Assembly: GCF_032444005.1 (NCBI RefSeq)
Contig: NC_091287.1
Location: forward strand, 469,960,001-470,024,000
Reading direction: 5' to 3'
Length of the DNA stretch: 64,000 nt
Source: Ranitomeya imitator
Lineage: Eukaryota
How positions within the stretch are numbered: the first letter of the stretch is position 1; the number at the start of each line of letters is the position of its first letter. This document shows, in pieces, positions 33,950 through 46,716 of this stretch. The notes beneath the pieces are model-generated. The model made no database searches. It saw nothing but the letters and a program-made list of their open reading frames with translations, and was not told the origin of the DNA. The position numbers were made by a program, and so were the translations under genes.

Positions 33950-36050
33950 TGAAAGGGGCTGTGTGGAGAAGGGGGGAGGATGAGGCTGTGTGGAGAAGGA
34001 GAGATGATGAGGGGGCTGTGTGGAGGAGGGATGAGGGGGCTGTGTGGAGGAGGGATGAGGGGGCTGTGTGGAGGAGGGATGATGAGGAGGCTGTGCGGAG
34101 GAGGGATGATGAGGAGGCTGTGTGGAGAAGGAGAGATGATGAGGGGGCTGTGTGGAGGAGGGATGAGGGGGCTGTGTGGAGGAAGGATGATGAGGGGGCT
34201 GTGTGGAGAAGAAGAGATGATGAGGGGGCTGTGTGGAGAAGGGGGGAGGATGAGGCTGTGTGGAGAAGGAGAGATGATGAGGGGGCTGTGTGGAGGAGAG
34301 ATGAGGGGGCTGTGTGGAGAAGGAGAGATGATGAGGGGGCTGTGTGGAGGAGGGATGATGAGGGGGCTGTGTGGAGGAGGGATGATGAGGAGGCTGTGTG
34401 GAGAAGAGATGATGAGGCTGTGTGGAGAAGATGAGATGATGAGGGGGCTGTGTGGAGAAGGAGAGATGAGGGGGCTGTGTGGAGAAGGGATGATGAGGGG
34501 GCTGTGTGGAGAAGGAGAGATGAGGAGGCTGTGTGGAGAAGGAGAGATGATGAGGGGGCTGTGTGGAGAAGGAGGGATGATGAGTAGGCTGTGTGGAGAA
34601 GGAGAGATGATGAGGGGGCTGTGTGGAGAAGAGATGATGAGGGGGCTGTGTGGAGAAGAAGAGATGATGAGGGGGCTGTGTGGAGAAGGGGGGAGGATGA
34701 GGCTGTGTGGAGAAGGAGGGATGATGAGGGGGCTGTGTGGAGAAGGAGAGATGATGAGGGGGCTGTGTGGAGGAGGGATGATGAGGGGGCTGTGTGGAGG
34801 AGGGATGATGAGGAGGCTGTGTGGAGAAGAGATGATGAGGAGGCTGTGTGGAGAAGATGAGATGATGAGGGGGCTGTGTGGAGAAGGAGAGATGAGGGGG
34901 CTGTGTGGAGAAGGGATGATGAGGGGGCTGTGTGGAGAAGGAGAGATGAGGAGGCTGTGTGGAGAAGGAGAGATGATGAGGAGGCTGTGTGGAGAAGGAG
35001 GGATGATGAGGAGGCTGTGTGGAGAAGGAGAGATGATGAGGGGGCTGTGTGGAGAAGAGATGATGAGGGGGCTGTGTGGAGAAGAAGAGATGATGAGGGG
35101 GCTGTGTGGAGAAGAGATGATGAGGAGGCTGTGTGGAGAAGGAGAGATGATGAGGGGGCTGTGTGGAGGAGAGATGAGGGGGCTGTGTGGAGAAGGAGAG
35201 ATGATGAGGGGGCTGTGTGGAGGAGGGATGATGAGGGGGCTGTGTGGAGGAGGGATGATGAGGAGGCTGTGTGGAGAAGAGATGATGAGGAGGCTGTGTG
35301 GAGAAGATGAGATGATGAGGGGGCTGTGTGGAGAAGGAGAGATGAGGGGGCTGTGTGGAGAAGAAGGGATGATGAGGGGCTGTGTGGAGAAGGAGGGATG
35401 ATGAGGGGGCTGTGTGGAGAAGAAGGGATGATGAGGGGCTGTGTGGAAAAGGAGGGATGATGAGGGGGCTGTGTGGAGAAGAAGAGATGATGAGGGGGCT
35501 GTGTGGAGAAGAAGGGATGATGAGGGGGCTGTGTGGAGAAGGAGGGATGATGAGGGGGCTGTGTGGAGAAGAAGGGATGATGAGGGGCTGTGTGGAGAAG
35601 GAGGGATGATGAGGGGGCTGTGTGGAGAAGAAGGGATGATGAGGGGCTGTGTGGAGAAGGAGGGATGATGAGGGGGCTGTGTGGAGAAGAAGGGATGATG
35701 AGGGGCTGTGTGGAAAAGGAGGGATGATGAGGGGGCTGTGTGGAGAAGGAGAGATGATGAGGGGGCTGTGTGGAGAAGAAGGGATGATGAGGGGCTGTGT
35801 GGAAAAGGAGGGACGATGAGGGGGCTGTGTGGAGAAGGAGAAATGATGAGGGGGCTGTGTGGAGAAGAAGGGATGATGAGGGGCTGTGTGGAAAAGGAGG
35901 GATGATGAGCTTTGTGGAAAAGGGGGGGGTGATGAGGGGGCTGTGTGGAGAAGGGGGGATGATGAGGAGGCTGTGTGGAAAAGGGGGGATGATGAGCTTT
36001 GTGGAAAAAGAGGTGATCCAGGGCTGTGTGGAGAAGAGGGGGGGAGTGAG
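33950..36050. repeat. Purine-rich variable-unit minisatellite (~25-30 bp)
   Basis: Repeats of GGGGCTGTGTGGAGAAGGAGAGATGATGA; boundaries approximate. Confidence 0.92.
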
Positions 36051-36381
36051 AAAAAGCCCATTGGTGAGTTCACCGCCTCTGCACTGTGGGACTTTCTCAC
36101 TGTGCTAGTGGGGATCTCACCAAGGTCACCGCAGTTCAGGGGCCTGGCTGAGAACATAGCCTCAGTGACTTGCCGTAACCTCGATGAGGTTAGCCGACGC
36201 CAGTGACGGAGGTAAACTTTATACCTCCGATCACAGCTGTGGGCTCACATCATTTGACAGCGTGTGAACATCAGCTGTCTGACTGGCGGATCAGAAGCAG
36301 TGTTTGCTGCTCTGTCTTGCATCTGACAGAGTGGTAAACACTGGATGTATTGGCCCCCCATTCAAATGAATAGGGTCCAGG

Positions 36382-37447
36382 TGTAAGAGGGTGAACTGTA
36401 GTCCCACTGAGAGGGCACTAGGACCCTGTGGTTTTTGCCTGTTGCAGCAGAGGACAGACCTCCCAGAGACAATGTGTGCTGCGGGGTGGGGTCTAGTGTC
36501 TCGAGTGTAAAGTGAAAGTAGGAAGTGAGAGCTGAGAGAGAAAAGGCGGGAAGAAAAGGAGAAGCTGCTGTGAGATCTTAAAAAGAGACTGTGTGGATTT
36601 ACTGCAAGTGTTTTTGGAGGAAAAGAAGCTTTTGAGAGACTTTTTGTTGCTAACGTTCCCCTGGAGAAGAGCTAACCTTTTGTTTAACTCTGTGAGAGAC
36701 TTGTGTTGCTAACGTTTCCTGGAGAGGAGCTAACCCTTTATTTAAGAAAAGACGGAGACTTTGCTAAGAACCCAGTACGAATTTGGAAGTCTGTGGATTC
36801 CCTGTGCATTGAGTGGAGGAACAAGTCTGGACAGACTGCTGATACCGAGACGGACAGATTGTCGTGGAACCATTCCTAGGAGCTACAGAAGCAGAGACTA
36901 CATCGTGAGACCACTAACTAAGTCCCCGGCGTTTGGGCTCGGCATCGGCCGACAAGACAAGAGGAGCTTGCTGTAACTTATTGGCGCTGAAGATATGAAC
37001 TGGCTACAGCCTCTGCGGATTCCTGCCTGAGAGGAAATCCATCTCAGGATACGGTACCATAGTTATAGATACCCGGGTATCTCTGCTCAGAGTGTTAAAT
37101 TGTTACTTTAGAGGTGTATCTTATATTAGAGTTGTGTAAGTTATACTCAATGTGCCATTCCAGGGGCTCCCTTAATAACACTACATTCAATTTACACTTG
37201 TTCCTGTTTTTAGTTGCCTGTTAGGTAAATTTCTTACTAGTCTGTTGTAGTACACAGTTCTCAGGAGACCTTTGAGTGGCACAGTGATTTCAGCTGCTGC
37301 TGAATTAGTGTATCTTTGGGGTGCATCTGCCTTAATATTCTCCATATTACCTTGATTAATTTGCCTTTGAGTAAATACCGTTGGAGATTTCTGCCTTGGT
37401 CTTGGTTTGTGACTCACTGGACCTTATTCGGACCTCTGGTCATTACA
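36382..37447 (+). repeat. Gypsy 5' LTR
   Basis: TGTAAGAGG...CATTACA; about six substitutions versus the 3' LTR by eye. Confidence 0.95.
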
Positions 37448-37451
37448 TTTT

Positions 37452-37469
37452 TGGCGTAGTCGGCAGGAT
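37452..37469 (+). promoter_or_regulatory. Primer-binding site, tRNA-Ser
   Basis: TGGCGTAGTCGGCAGGAT is complementary to the 3' end of vertebrate tRNA-Ser (...ATCCTGCCGACTACGCCA, recalled). Confidence 0.8.
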
Positions 37470-37481
37470 CCAGTGTTTGTC

Positions 37482-38480
37482 ATGGACGAGGGCGAGGGTG
37501 GAAATGACCCCGCTGTATCCGCATCCTCCCCGGGGGTTGGGGTTCCCCTGGCAGCCGCTGCGACTCCGGGAGGGTATGTGCCTGTAGGAGCTTTACTTCA
37601 GCACATGCCAAAATACGATGGGCGCAATATGGCGTTGCAAGATTGGGCTGAGAGAATCCGGAGTATTCTGCGCATGTGTAATTTGACCCCCGCGTTACGC
37701 GCTGAGCTGGCATTAAATGCACTGGAGGGTGATATTAGGCGTATGGTGATGGTGCGCCCAGAATCAGAGAGGGATACATTAGAAAAGATTTTGGAACTGT
37801 TAGAGGGGAGTTTGGGGGGCCGAGCGCGTGTGGCCCAGCTTCGGTCCCTATTCTTTAATCGTCCCCAGAGAGAGTGTGAGTCCCTGATGCAGTACTCTCA
37901 TATTTTACAAGAGATGTTGAATGAGATGCAGCGACTAGACTCGGGGGCCATGGGGGCGTTCCGGGAGGTAGACCGCTTGCTCCGGGACCAATTCATCACC
38001 GGTTTAGCCCATAGACTTCTCCGGGACAAGCTGTTGGAAATGGCCCGGGTTGCACCAGAGTTATCTTTCTGGCAGATTTACCGAGCTGCAGTGGAAAGGG
38101 AAGAGAAATCAGCCTATGTTCCCGAGGGGTCAGTGAACAGTGCCCAGCTGGAGGAAGGTGTGTCATCAGGGTCGGGGGGAGAGGGGCTTGTAAGCGTGGT
38201 ACAAGCTTTGCGTGCTGAGGTGAAGGAGTTGAAGCTGAAATTGTCTCAACTGACAGTTGATCCCGCCTCTACCACCTCACGGGAACCTCCTGCCCCACCC
38301 CCTGGAACGGTGACCCCGCAAATGGCCAGGTCGTCCTATCAGAATGAGTCAAGCCCTCGCCCACGAGGAACAATCACCTGCTGGAAGTGTGGCCGCCAGG
38401 GACACATCTCGCGTTACTGCCGGGCGCTTACAGCCCCAGAAACCCCGTCGCCGGCTTTAAACTTCCGGCCGCTGCCATGA
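37482..38480 (+). CDS. Gypsy gag with CCHC zinc knuckle
   Basis: RDQFITGL; [14 protein letters not shown]. Confidence 0.9.
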   Translation: MDEGEGGNDPAVSASSPGVGVPLAAAATPGGYVPVGALLQHMPKYDGRNMALQDWAERIRSILRMCNLTPALRAELALNALEGDIRRMVMVRPESERDTLEKILELLEGSLGGRARVAQLRSLFFNRPQRECESLMQYSHILQEMLNEMQRLDSGAMGAFREVDRLLRDQFITGLAHRLLRDKLLEMARVAPELSFWQIYRAAVEREEKSAYVPEGSVNSAQLEEGVSSGSGGEGLVSVVQALRAEVKELKLKLSQLTVDPASTTSREPPAPPPGTVTPQMARSSYQNESSPRPRGTITCWKCGRQGHISRYCRALTAPETPSPALNFRPLP

Positions 38481-41400
38481 GAGGGCAAGCAGCAGCGGCC
38501 CCACCCACACAAAGCCCTCGACGGAATGAACAAGATTTGTTTGCATGTAGTCCAGTGATAGAAGCAGAGTTTGAAGGGCGGAAGATGAGGTGCTTGGTTG
38601 ACACGGGATCCGAATGTACTATAATGCCTCTAGAAGTATATGAGAGATACTTCAGTCGACTAGTGATTCCAGAGGATGGCCGAGTGATACGACTGACCGC
38701 CGCAAATAATGGTCAATTGTCAGTCAAAGGGATCGTGTGGATGCAACTAAAAATGTTTGGTCAAGAGCTGGGGCAGAAAGGGGTAGTACTGGTGGATCAC
38801 CCCCCTAGAAGAGGGATGGAAGTGACACTCGGAATGAACGTGCTGCGAGATTTGAATCACCAGATGTATGCTAGTGAAGGACCCCGATACTGGGCCCGTG
38901 CGACAAGACACCGACCCACACAGAGAATTCTACACCGTCTAGTGCTGAGTTGCGACTTGCTGAAAAGTGCGGTCCCAGGTGGCCGGGTGGGCCGGGTCCG
39001 AGTGACTTCGAGGGCCCCGATCCTGCTGGGACCCAGACAAGAGGAACTCTTAATGCTGCCTGTGGGAGCTGCACAGAGATTGAATGGGCTTGAAGTGCTA
39101 CTTGAGCCCGCCCGAGAGGGTTCCTCATTTGCCAAGGTACATGTGGCCCGGTCTTTGGCGATTGTGAAGAATGGACGAGTGCCGGTCCGATGCATCAATG
39201 TTTTAGATGAAGCTGTTGCAATTCCCGCTGGGACCATACTGGCTGAACTGTTCGTGCCGGCAGAGAAGGTGCCGGAAAATGCAGGGTTCGAATTGCGACC
39301 AGACCAACAGTCATCCTGGACATTCGCGGTCGAGGTAGGCCGGACTGAACCTCCTACGGAGGAATGGAATGTTCATGTGATCATGGAGCAGATGGGAGTG
39401 GATCGGGAGAAGCTGACCCCCGTGCAGTTGGAGCAGTTGGAGAGAGTTTTGTGGGAACATCAAGAGACATTTTCCCGACATGGAGAGGACTTCGGGTGTA
39501 CCCAGACGATTGAGCATGAGATTCCAACGGGGGATACTCCACTCATTAGAGAAAGATATCGTCAAATTCCTCCGGCGCTCTATCAAGAGGTGAAGAGCAT
39601 GGTGGCCAGTATGCTGGACAACCAAGTGATCCGAGAGAGCCGGAGTCCCTGGGCGGCCCCTGTAGTCTTGGTCCGCAAGAAGGATGGGACACTCCGATTT
39701 TGTGTGGACTATCGGAAATTGAATGCCCACACCGTACGGGACGCATATCCTTTACCCCGTATTATTATTATTATTATTATTTGAAGAATCCCTGTCGGCC
39801 CTGGGTCGGGCCAAGTATTTCTTGGATTTGGCAAGCGGGTACTGGCAGGTCCCAATGGCTGAAAAAGATCGGGCCAAGACGGCGTTTGTCTTGCCAATGG
39901 GGCTCTTTGAGTTCAACCGGATGCCCTTTGGCCTCGCTACCGCCCCAGGAACCTTCCAACGCCTAATGGAACATTGCTTGGGCGATCTAAATTTTGAATC
40001 AGTCCTGATATATCTAGACGACATTGTGGTGTTCGGAACCTCATTTGAAGATCATCTGGAGAAGCTGCGTCAAGTTCTCCGGCGGCTCAAGAGCTACGGC
40101 CTGAAAATAAAGCCAAAAAAATGTCAACTGTTACGAAACCAGATTGAATATTTGGGGCATCTGGTGACCCCGGACGGGGTACTACCTTTAGCCAGTAAGA
40201 TTAAGGCGGTACAAGAGTGGCCACCTCCTTGTGACCTGCGAGAAGTGCGGGCCTTCCTGGGCCTAGCAGGATACTATCGGCGGTTTGTGCCTAAATTCTC
40301 ACAAGTGGTGAGTCCCTTGAATGAACTTTTGAGAGGGACAGTGCTGGGTCCTCGAAATCGCCCCATTCCATGGGGGCCCCTACAGAAAAAGGCATTTGAT
40401 GGAGTGAAAACCGCCCTAACGAGTGCCCCATTGCTGGCCTACGCCCGGTTTGACACCCCTTTTTTGTTGTATACCGATGGTAGTCTTCATGGGTTGGGGC
40501 AGTACTAGCACAGGTGCAGGACGGCCGAGAACGAGTGATTTCTTATGGCAGCAGATCTTTAAGAGACTCCGAGCGAAATTCGGCTAACTACAGCTCATTC
40601 CGGCTGGAATTGCTGGCCCTGGTGTGGGCAATGACAGAACGCTTCGCCGAGTATCTAACAGGGGCTGAGGTGCTAGTCATGACAGATAACAACCCGCTAG
40701 CTCACTTAGAGAATGCAAAACTGGGGGCGTTGGAGCAGCGGTGGGTCGCCAGACTGGCCAAGTTCAATTACCGCATTAAATTTTGCTCTGGTCGAGAGAA
40801 CGGCAATGCAGATGCATTGTCAAGGGTGCCCCTTGGGTCATCCGGGGAAGATGTTGACGAACAACTTGAGGATACTGAAACTCCAGCTTTGGGGCAGATA
40901 CCTATCTTCCAAAGTGTGGTACACTCAAGTGGGGTGGCCACCGGGATGCCCTGTGTCCTGGGTAAAACACCCTCAGATTGGACAAGAGTCCAGGATGAGT
41001 GTCCGGACATTGCACTTGTGCGCCGTTGGGTACAAAACAAGGCCTGGCCCAGTGCAGAGGACAAGGCTCAGTTGTCCATGGAAGGAATGAAACTCCTTCG
41101 ACAATGGGATAAATTGTGTGTGGAGCAAGGTCTTTTGTATCGTAAGGTGTACCTGCCATCGGAGCTGCAGCATCGGTACCAACTGATAATTCCTGTGGGG
41201 ATGGGGCCAGTGGTCGCTCGTGAGGCGCATGAGAAGGGGGCCCATTTTGGAAGTGAAAAGACACTTCAGTGGTTGCAGCGAGTCCTCTACTGCCCTGAGT
41301 TGGGAGGGATGGTGGCCGACGCGTGTCGGCAGTGCCGAATTTGTGGGCTCAACAAAAGCCCTGAGCAGCGGGCTCCCACACAGTCTATTAAGACTTCAGC

Positions 41401-42367
41401 TCCACTGGAGCTACTCATGATTGACTACATGTTGATAGGGTACTCTACGTCAGGGTACTCCTATTGCCTGGTGATGACAGATCACTTTACCAAGTATGCT
41501 GTAGCGGTGCCGACAAGAGATCAGACGGCCAAGTCGGCGGCTGAGGCAGTGTGCCGACATTTCTTCCAAGTGTTCGGGTGTCCGCAGAGAATACATTCAG
41601 ATCAAGGGGCCTGCTTTCAGGGGACGCTGATGAAAGAGTTGCACCAGCTCTATGGTATCGAGCAGTCGAGAACAACGCCTTACCACCCTCAGGGTAACGG
41701 GGCGTGTGAGCGTTTTAATCGGACCCTGTTGCAAATGTTGAGGTCCTTAGAGAGTCAGCAACAGACATGCTGGCCTGAGTATCTCCCCGAATTGATGTGG
41801 GCTTACAATAACAGGGTGCACAGTACTACTGGTTACTCACCACACATGTTGATGTTTGGTAGACCTGGCCGAGACATTGAGGATTTGAACATGCCAGATC
41901 CCTCCTCCGCCCCCCTTCGGACTACATCCGAGTGGGTACGAGAGCATCGGCGGCGGTTGAGGGTGGTGCATCAGGTGGTGGGCGACCGCCTTCGACAGGT
42001 GGTCCATAAGGACACGCGACCTGTACAAACAGAGCTGTTCTCTCCGGGGGACAGAGTGTTGGTGAGGACAAAACGACGGTCAGGAAAGCTGAGTGACCGA
42101 TGGGAGGCGATACCGTATCTGATAAAAAAACAGGTGAACCCTGAGATTCCAGTGTACGAGGTCGAACCGGTGGGGACAGGGGGGCCAACCCGTAATTTGC
42201 ATCATAACATGTTACAACGGTGCTGGTTTGAAGATTCGGCGCCTACCCCCCTAGAGCCAGAGGCCATGTTCCAAGGGGCGGAAGCTCTGAATGATCTTGA
42301 GTTTGATGGTGTGCTTACTCCTGCGCCTGCTTATTTGCCCCCCTGTGACCGATCTGGCCTCGGGTGA
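38456..42367 (+). pseudogene. Gypsy pol (PR-RT-RNaseH-IN), -1 frame to gag, with two disruptions
   Basis: [37 protein letters not shown]; 19-nt (ATT)n insert at ~39761-39782; 1-G deletion at ~40499. Confidence 0.92.
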
Positions 42368-42653
42368 TGAGAATGTTGGGGATATGGAGGATGTTGTTGA
42401 GGAGAGTGCATCAGGTCAACTGCTTGGTCCTGACGCTGTATCACAGGACATCGAGCTGCAGGAGGAGACAACTCCACTTACGCCCACTAACACGACCACG
42501 GAAGAGACTCTAGCTCCCTCTAAGGTCGCACTTGTTGATGTAGGACTCAGGAGAACTACACGATCTACGGCAGGAATACCGCCTCAGCGATATGCTCAAT
42601 ATGAATTTGAGTGGGAAGGTATGTCGAGGACGCCAACTTCTAGTGGGGTGGCA

Positions 42654-43719
42654 TGTAAGAGGGTGAACTGTAGTCCCACTGAGAGGGCACTAGGACCCTG
42701 TGGTTTTTGCCTGTTGCAGCAGAGGACAGACCTCCCAGAGACAATGTGTGCTGCGGGGTGGGGTCTAGTGTCTCGAGTGTAAAGTGAAAGTAGGAAGTGA
42801 GAGCTGAGAGAGAAAAGGCGGGAAGAAAAGGAGAAGCTGCTGTGAGATCTTAAAAAGAGACTGTGTGGATTTACTGCAAGTGTTTTTGGAGGAAAAGAAG
42901 CTTTTGAGAGACTTTTTGTTGCTAAAGTTCCCCTGGAGAAGAGCTAACCTTTTGTTTAACTCTGTGAGAGACTTGTGTTGCTAACGTTTCCTGGAGAGGA
43001 GCTAACCCTTTATCTAAGAAAAGACGGAGACTTTGCTAAGAACCCAGTACGAATTTGGAAGTCTGTGGATTCCCTGTGCATTGAGTGGAGGAACAAGTCT
43101 GGACAGACTGCTGATACAGAGACGGACGGATTGTCGTGGAACCATTCCTAGGAGCTACAGAAGCAGAGACTACATCGTGAGACCACTAACTAAGTCCCCG
43201 GCGTTTGGGCTCGGCATCGGCCGACAAGACAAGAGGAGCTTGCTGTAACTTATTAGCGCTGAAGATATGAACTGGCTACAGCCTCTGCGGATTCCTGCCT
43301 GAGAGGAAATCCATCTCAGGATACGGTACCATAGTTATAGATACCCGGGTATCTCTGCTCAGAGTGTTAAATTGTTACTTTAGAGGTGTATCTTATATTA
43401 GAGTTGTGTAAGTTATACTCAATGTGCCATTCCAGGGGCTCCCTTAATAACACTACATTCAATTTACACTTGTTCCTGTTTTTAGTTGCCTGTTAGGTAA
43501 ATTTCTTACTAGTCTGTTGTAGTACACAGTTCTCAGGAGACCTTTGAGTGGCACAGTGATTTCAGCTGCTGCTGAATTAGTGTATCTTTGGGGTGCATCT
43601 GCCTTAATATTCTCCATATTACCTTGATTAATTTGCCTTTGAGTAAATACCGTTGGAGATTTCTGCCTTGGTCTTGGTTTGTGACTCACTGGATCTTATT
43701 CGGACCTCTGGTCATTACA
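42654..43719 (+). repeat. Gypsy 3' LTR
   Basis: Direct repeat of 36382-37447, followed by CAGG. Confidence 0.95.
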
Positions 43720-44499
43720 CAGGTACTGTTCTGGTACCCGAACCTGGTCTCATTTTTAACTGTTCGGCCGGACCCGAACATCTAGGGGTCCGCTCATCTC
43801 TAATCCTGTGTCTAGTGTGTGACTGGTGTATGTATGGTGCGTGAGTGTGTCATGTGGCTAGCGTATGACTGGTGTGTGTGTCACATGTATGTATCCTGTG
43901 TCTAGCGTGTGACTGGTGTGTATGTGTCGTGTCTATTGTGTGTATGTGGCACATGTCTAAATAATAAAATCTTTCTGTGCTTATAGAATATCATTGTTCT
44001 AGGTTTTACATAAAATTATCTGCTGCCGGTAAGGGTGCTTAACTAGATGGAAACTAAGGCTACTTTCACACTTCCATCTTCAAAATCTGCACAGGATCCA
44101 TCAAGACGTTGAAATGACGGATCCTGTGCAGATTGTGGAAAACGTGTGCACTGGGCCCGTCTTTCTGACGGACCCGTCGAAGCTGTGTGCACCTGTTGTG
44201 TATGCGTCTTCGCAGCGGTTTTCCGCTGCGAAAACGCATACACAACACAAACCAGGTAAAAAAAAAAAAAAAAAAAATCGCGGTATTCTCACCTACCGGC
44301 GTTCCCACGCAGCGATGCTCTTTGTAGCTAGCAAAAAACGTTCCTCTGAACGTTTTCTCTGCCCGACGGACCGTTTTTTTGATGCAGGATCCAGTGAAAA
44401 AGGGATGACTCTGCAGCTAGTACCCCTTAAGCATGGTGGGCCCTTAGAATGATTTTCTCTGGTGGGCCCACACTACTCCAGTCCGACGCTGGCTGGACC

Positions 44500-44681
44500 C
44501 GATGATACTCTGCTAGAGTGATGCTATGAAGATCCAAGGCTGTAAAGCGCTTCAAATCCTTTTCAAAGTCTCTGGTCCGTAGCTCCTCAGTAGGAGTATG
44601 CAAAAAAGTCCCAGGTGTGGTAACTTGAGAAATAATAGTGGATACCTCCTCTTGGTTATACGATAAGGTTGAAAAAGACAT
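44500..44681 (-). CDS. Penelope ORF1, N-terminal part
   Basis: MSFSTLSYNQEEV...LAEYHR; removing the hAT and one TSD restores AEYHRVQRIPRG. Confidence 0.8.
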
Positions 44682-44717
44682 TTAAAATCTAGGAGCTACC
44701 TTCAAAAAATAGACTAG

Positions 44718-45281
44718 AAGTAACGGTAGAAAAGGTGCTCACTGCTTTTTAGAGGTGCTCAGGACCAAATAACAATATTATGAAAAAACTCCGGCACACT
44801 ATTAGATACTCAGAAAGTCTCTTATTATGAATTTTTATTTAAAAAATAACGGTGAATTTCCATCAAAGATATCATCATATTTCAAAATGGTGAATTTCCA
44901 TATATCCTTATGCTTCCAAAAAAGACGTGGGTTTTATTTTCAATATTAGATATGCATCTCTTATACTTTGTATGGACACAATAATCAATCCTTTTAATCT
45001 CTCAACGTTTCGGCTGTGAAGCCTTTTTCAAGAGAAACAATGTCCTTCTGTAACATACATGGAAAGATATGCATTAACATCAAGATAATGAAGAGATAAA
45101 TAAGAAACATAAAAGAAAGAAAAAAGAAAAAACAAAAAGCAAAAAACAGAAAGCAGGGGGACAAAATGTAGTGAGACCCCCTTTAACATGTAAATTCTAC
45201 ATAATTCACCTTCTAAATGCCATCTAGTGTAAATAAAACGAGAACCTTGAATAGGAAGCATCCCTAACTATGGGGTTTTTT
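44718..45281 (-). repeat. Penelope pseudo-LTR, 5' copy
   Basis: Direct repeat of 22172-22735, just upstream of the ORF1 ATG. Confidence 0.92.
44998..45037 (-). ncRNA. Minimal type I hammerhead ribozyme, second copy
   Basis: Identical to 22452-22491. Confidence 0.75.
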
Positions 45282-45282
45282 G

Positions 45283-45736
45283 CCTTGCCTGTGACCTGGT
45301 CCCCCAACCTGACTCTGGTCAGCATGAATACGAGCCCCACGGGTGGACTTCTAACTACCCGTGCCTACAGGACCCCTTCTGTCCTTCTGGGAGCTTCCTT
45401 CTGCTTCTCCCTCTCACTTCTCTGTTCTGTTTGTCAGGAGCTGCAGATCCTCAAGTCTGCCCAGCTCCCCTCCTCTCACAATCTAACAAACTTTCCCTCC
45501 TAATTAGCTCCTCCCCTACTCTACCTACCCCACCCACTCCTCCAACACACTTTCCTATCCAGCCTGGGATGGGGTCATCCTCCCTAAGGGTACAGCCAGG
45601 TGCCCTGACTGAGGTGTCTGGTGTTGGATGCAGGTTTAGAGTTCTGTGCCGTGTCCCCTCCTTACTTTAGAGCGGAATACCACACCTCTGGATGAGGTGC
45701 ATTACTCTGTGGCGACTGGACCCCAGGGGCGCCACA
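45283..45736 (-). mobile_element. Solo-LTR-like element, 5' part
   Basis: Begins TGTGGCGCCCCTGGGGTCCAGTCGCCACA on the minus strand; satellite resumes at 45737. Confidence 0.55.
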
Positions 45737-45927
45737 GCTGCACTCTGCTGCCTGAGAAGTAATGGAGCGGTGGTCAGGCATATGACCTGTCACTCTATTT
45801 ATTCATTATATGGCTGCCGAGCGCTGCGCTCTGCCCCAAGAAGTAATGGAGTGGTAGGCGGGCATCTGACCTGTTGCTCCATTCATTCACTATATGGCTG
45901 CCAAGTTCTGCCCTCTGCCCTCTAAGT

Positions 45928-46113
45928 CAGTGGTCCCCAACTCCAGGCCTCGAGGGCCGCCAACAGTGCAGGTTTTCAGGATTTCCTTAGTATTGCACAG
46001 GGGTTGGAATCATCACCTGTGCAGATGATCACATTACCACCGATGCAATACTAAAGAAATCCTGAAAACCTGCACTGTTGGCGGCCCTCGAGGCCTGGAG
46101 TTGGGGACCCCTG
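45928..46113. mobile_element. hAT-type palindromic MITE
   Basis: Long TIRs CAGTGGTCCCCAACTCCAGG; 8-bp TSD CTCTAAGT. Confidence 0.9.
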
Positions 46114-46716
46114 CTCTAAGTAATGAAGGGGTAGTCAGGCATCTGACCTGTCGCTCCATTTATTCACTTTATGTTCCCTTCCGCTGATCAGTCCCTGCCA
46201 TCCGACCTCCACCGGTCAGCAAATCAACACCTAGCCTACGAGTGGACGTTAACTTTTTCACTGGAAAACCCCTCTAAAGACCCAATATACAATACATTAG
46301 ATTAACATCAGCTGAAATCGCTAATATCGGTGGAATCATCTAACAATCAATGTGTACGGCGGCTTCACAACTCTCCCTCAGATAATGTTGGGTGTTAGGG
46401 AAGATAAGGATCCAGCATGTCCGATTTCACACACCTTCGGATAACGCCAGAGGAGCCGGACAGCGGCTCTCACAGACAGCACAGGAGTGCAGAGGGAGCT
46501 CTGCTGTGTATGGTTGAATGGGGCGAGTTACCCGTCATCTATCACTCGGCAGACAGCCTGTTGTCTATTGGGACCCCTGCAATTTTCTCGGCTTCGGTGG
46601 AGGTCAAAGTGGTTGGACCCCAGGGATTTGTATGTTATAGAAAAGTGGTAGCTTACCAACTTAGAATGACTCTTTAACTCTTCATGCTCTGCTCTCAGCA
46701 ATGCAGACGTCACTAA

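Larger units (their letters stand above)
36382..43719 (+). mobile_element. Complete Ty3/Gypsy LTR retrotransposon
   Basis: 1066-bp TG...CA LTRs, 4-bp TSD CAGG, PBS, gag, pol in PR-RT-RH-IN order, purine tract before the 3' LTR. Confidence 0.96.
33290..44491. mobile_element. Non-autonomous hAT-type element (11.2 kb including nested Gypsy)
   Basis: TIRs CAGTGTCGGACTGG / CCAGTCCGACGCTG; 8-bp TSD GCTGGACC (33282-33289, 44492-44499); no transposase seen. Confidence 0.88.
22172..45282 (-). mobile_element. Penelope-like element (RT + GIY-YIG) expanded to 23 kb by nested insertions
   Basis: 564-bp direct pseudo-LTRs 22172-22735 and 44718-45281; 10-bp TSD CCTTGCCTGT (22162-22171, 45283-45292); ORF1, RT and GIY-YIG pieces in order. 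Confidence 0.92.

Noticed and set aside
33935-36157. 740-aa STQPPHH mucin-like ORF and antiparallel MRGLCG ORFs
   Set aside because: Translation of a minisatellite inside a hAT element; no splice or start context.
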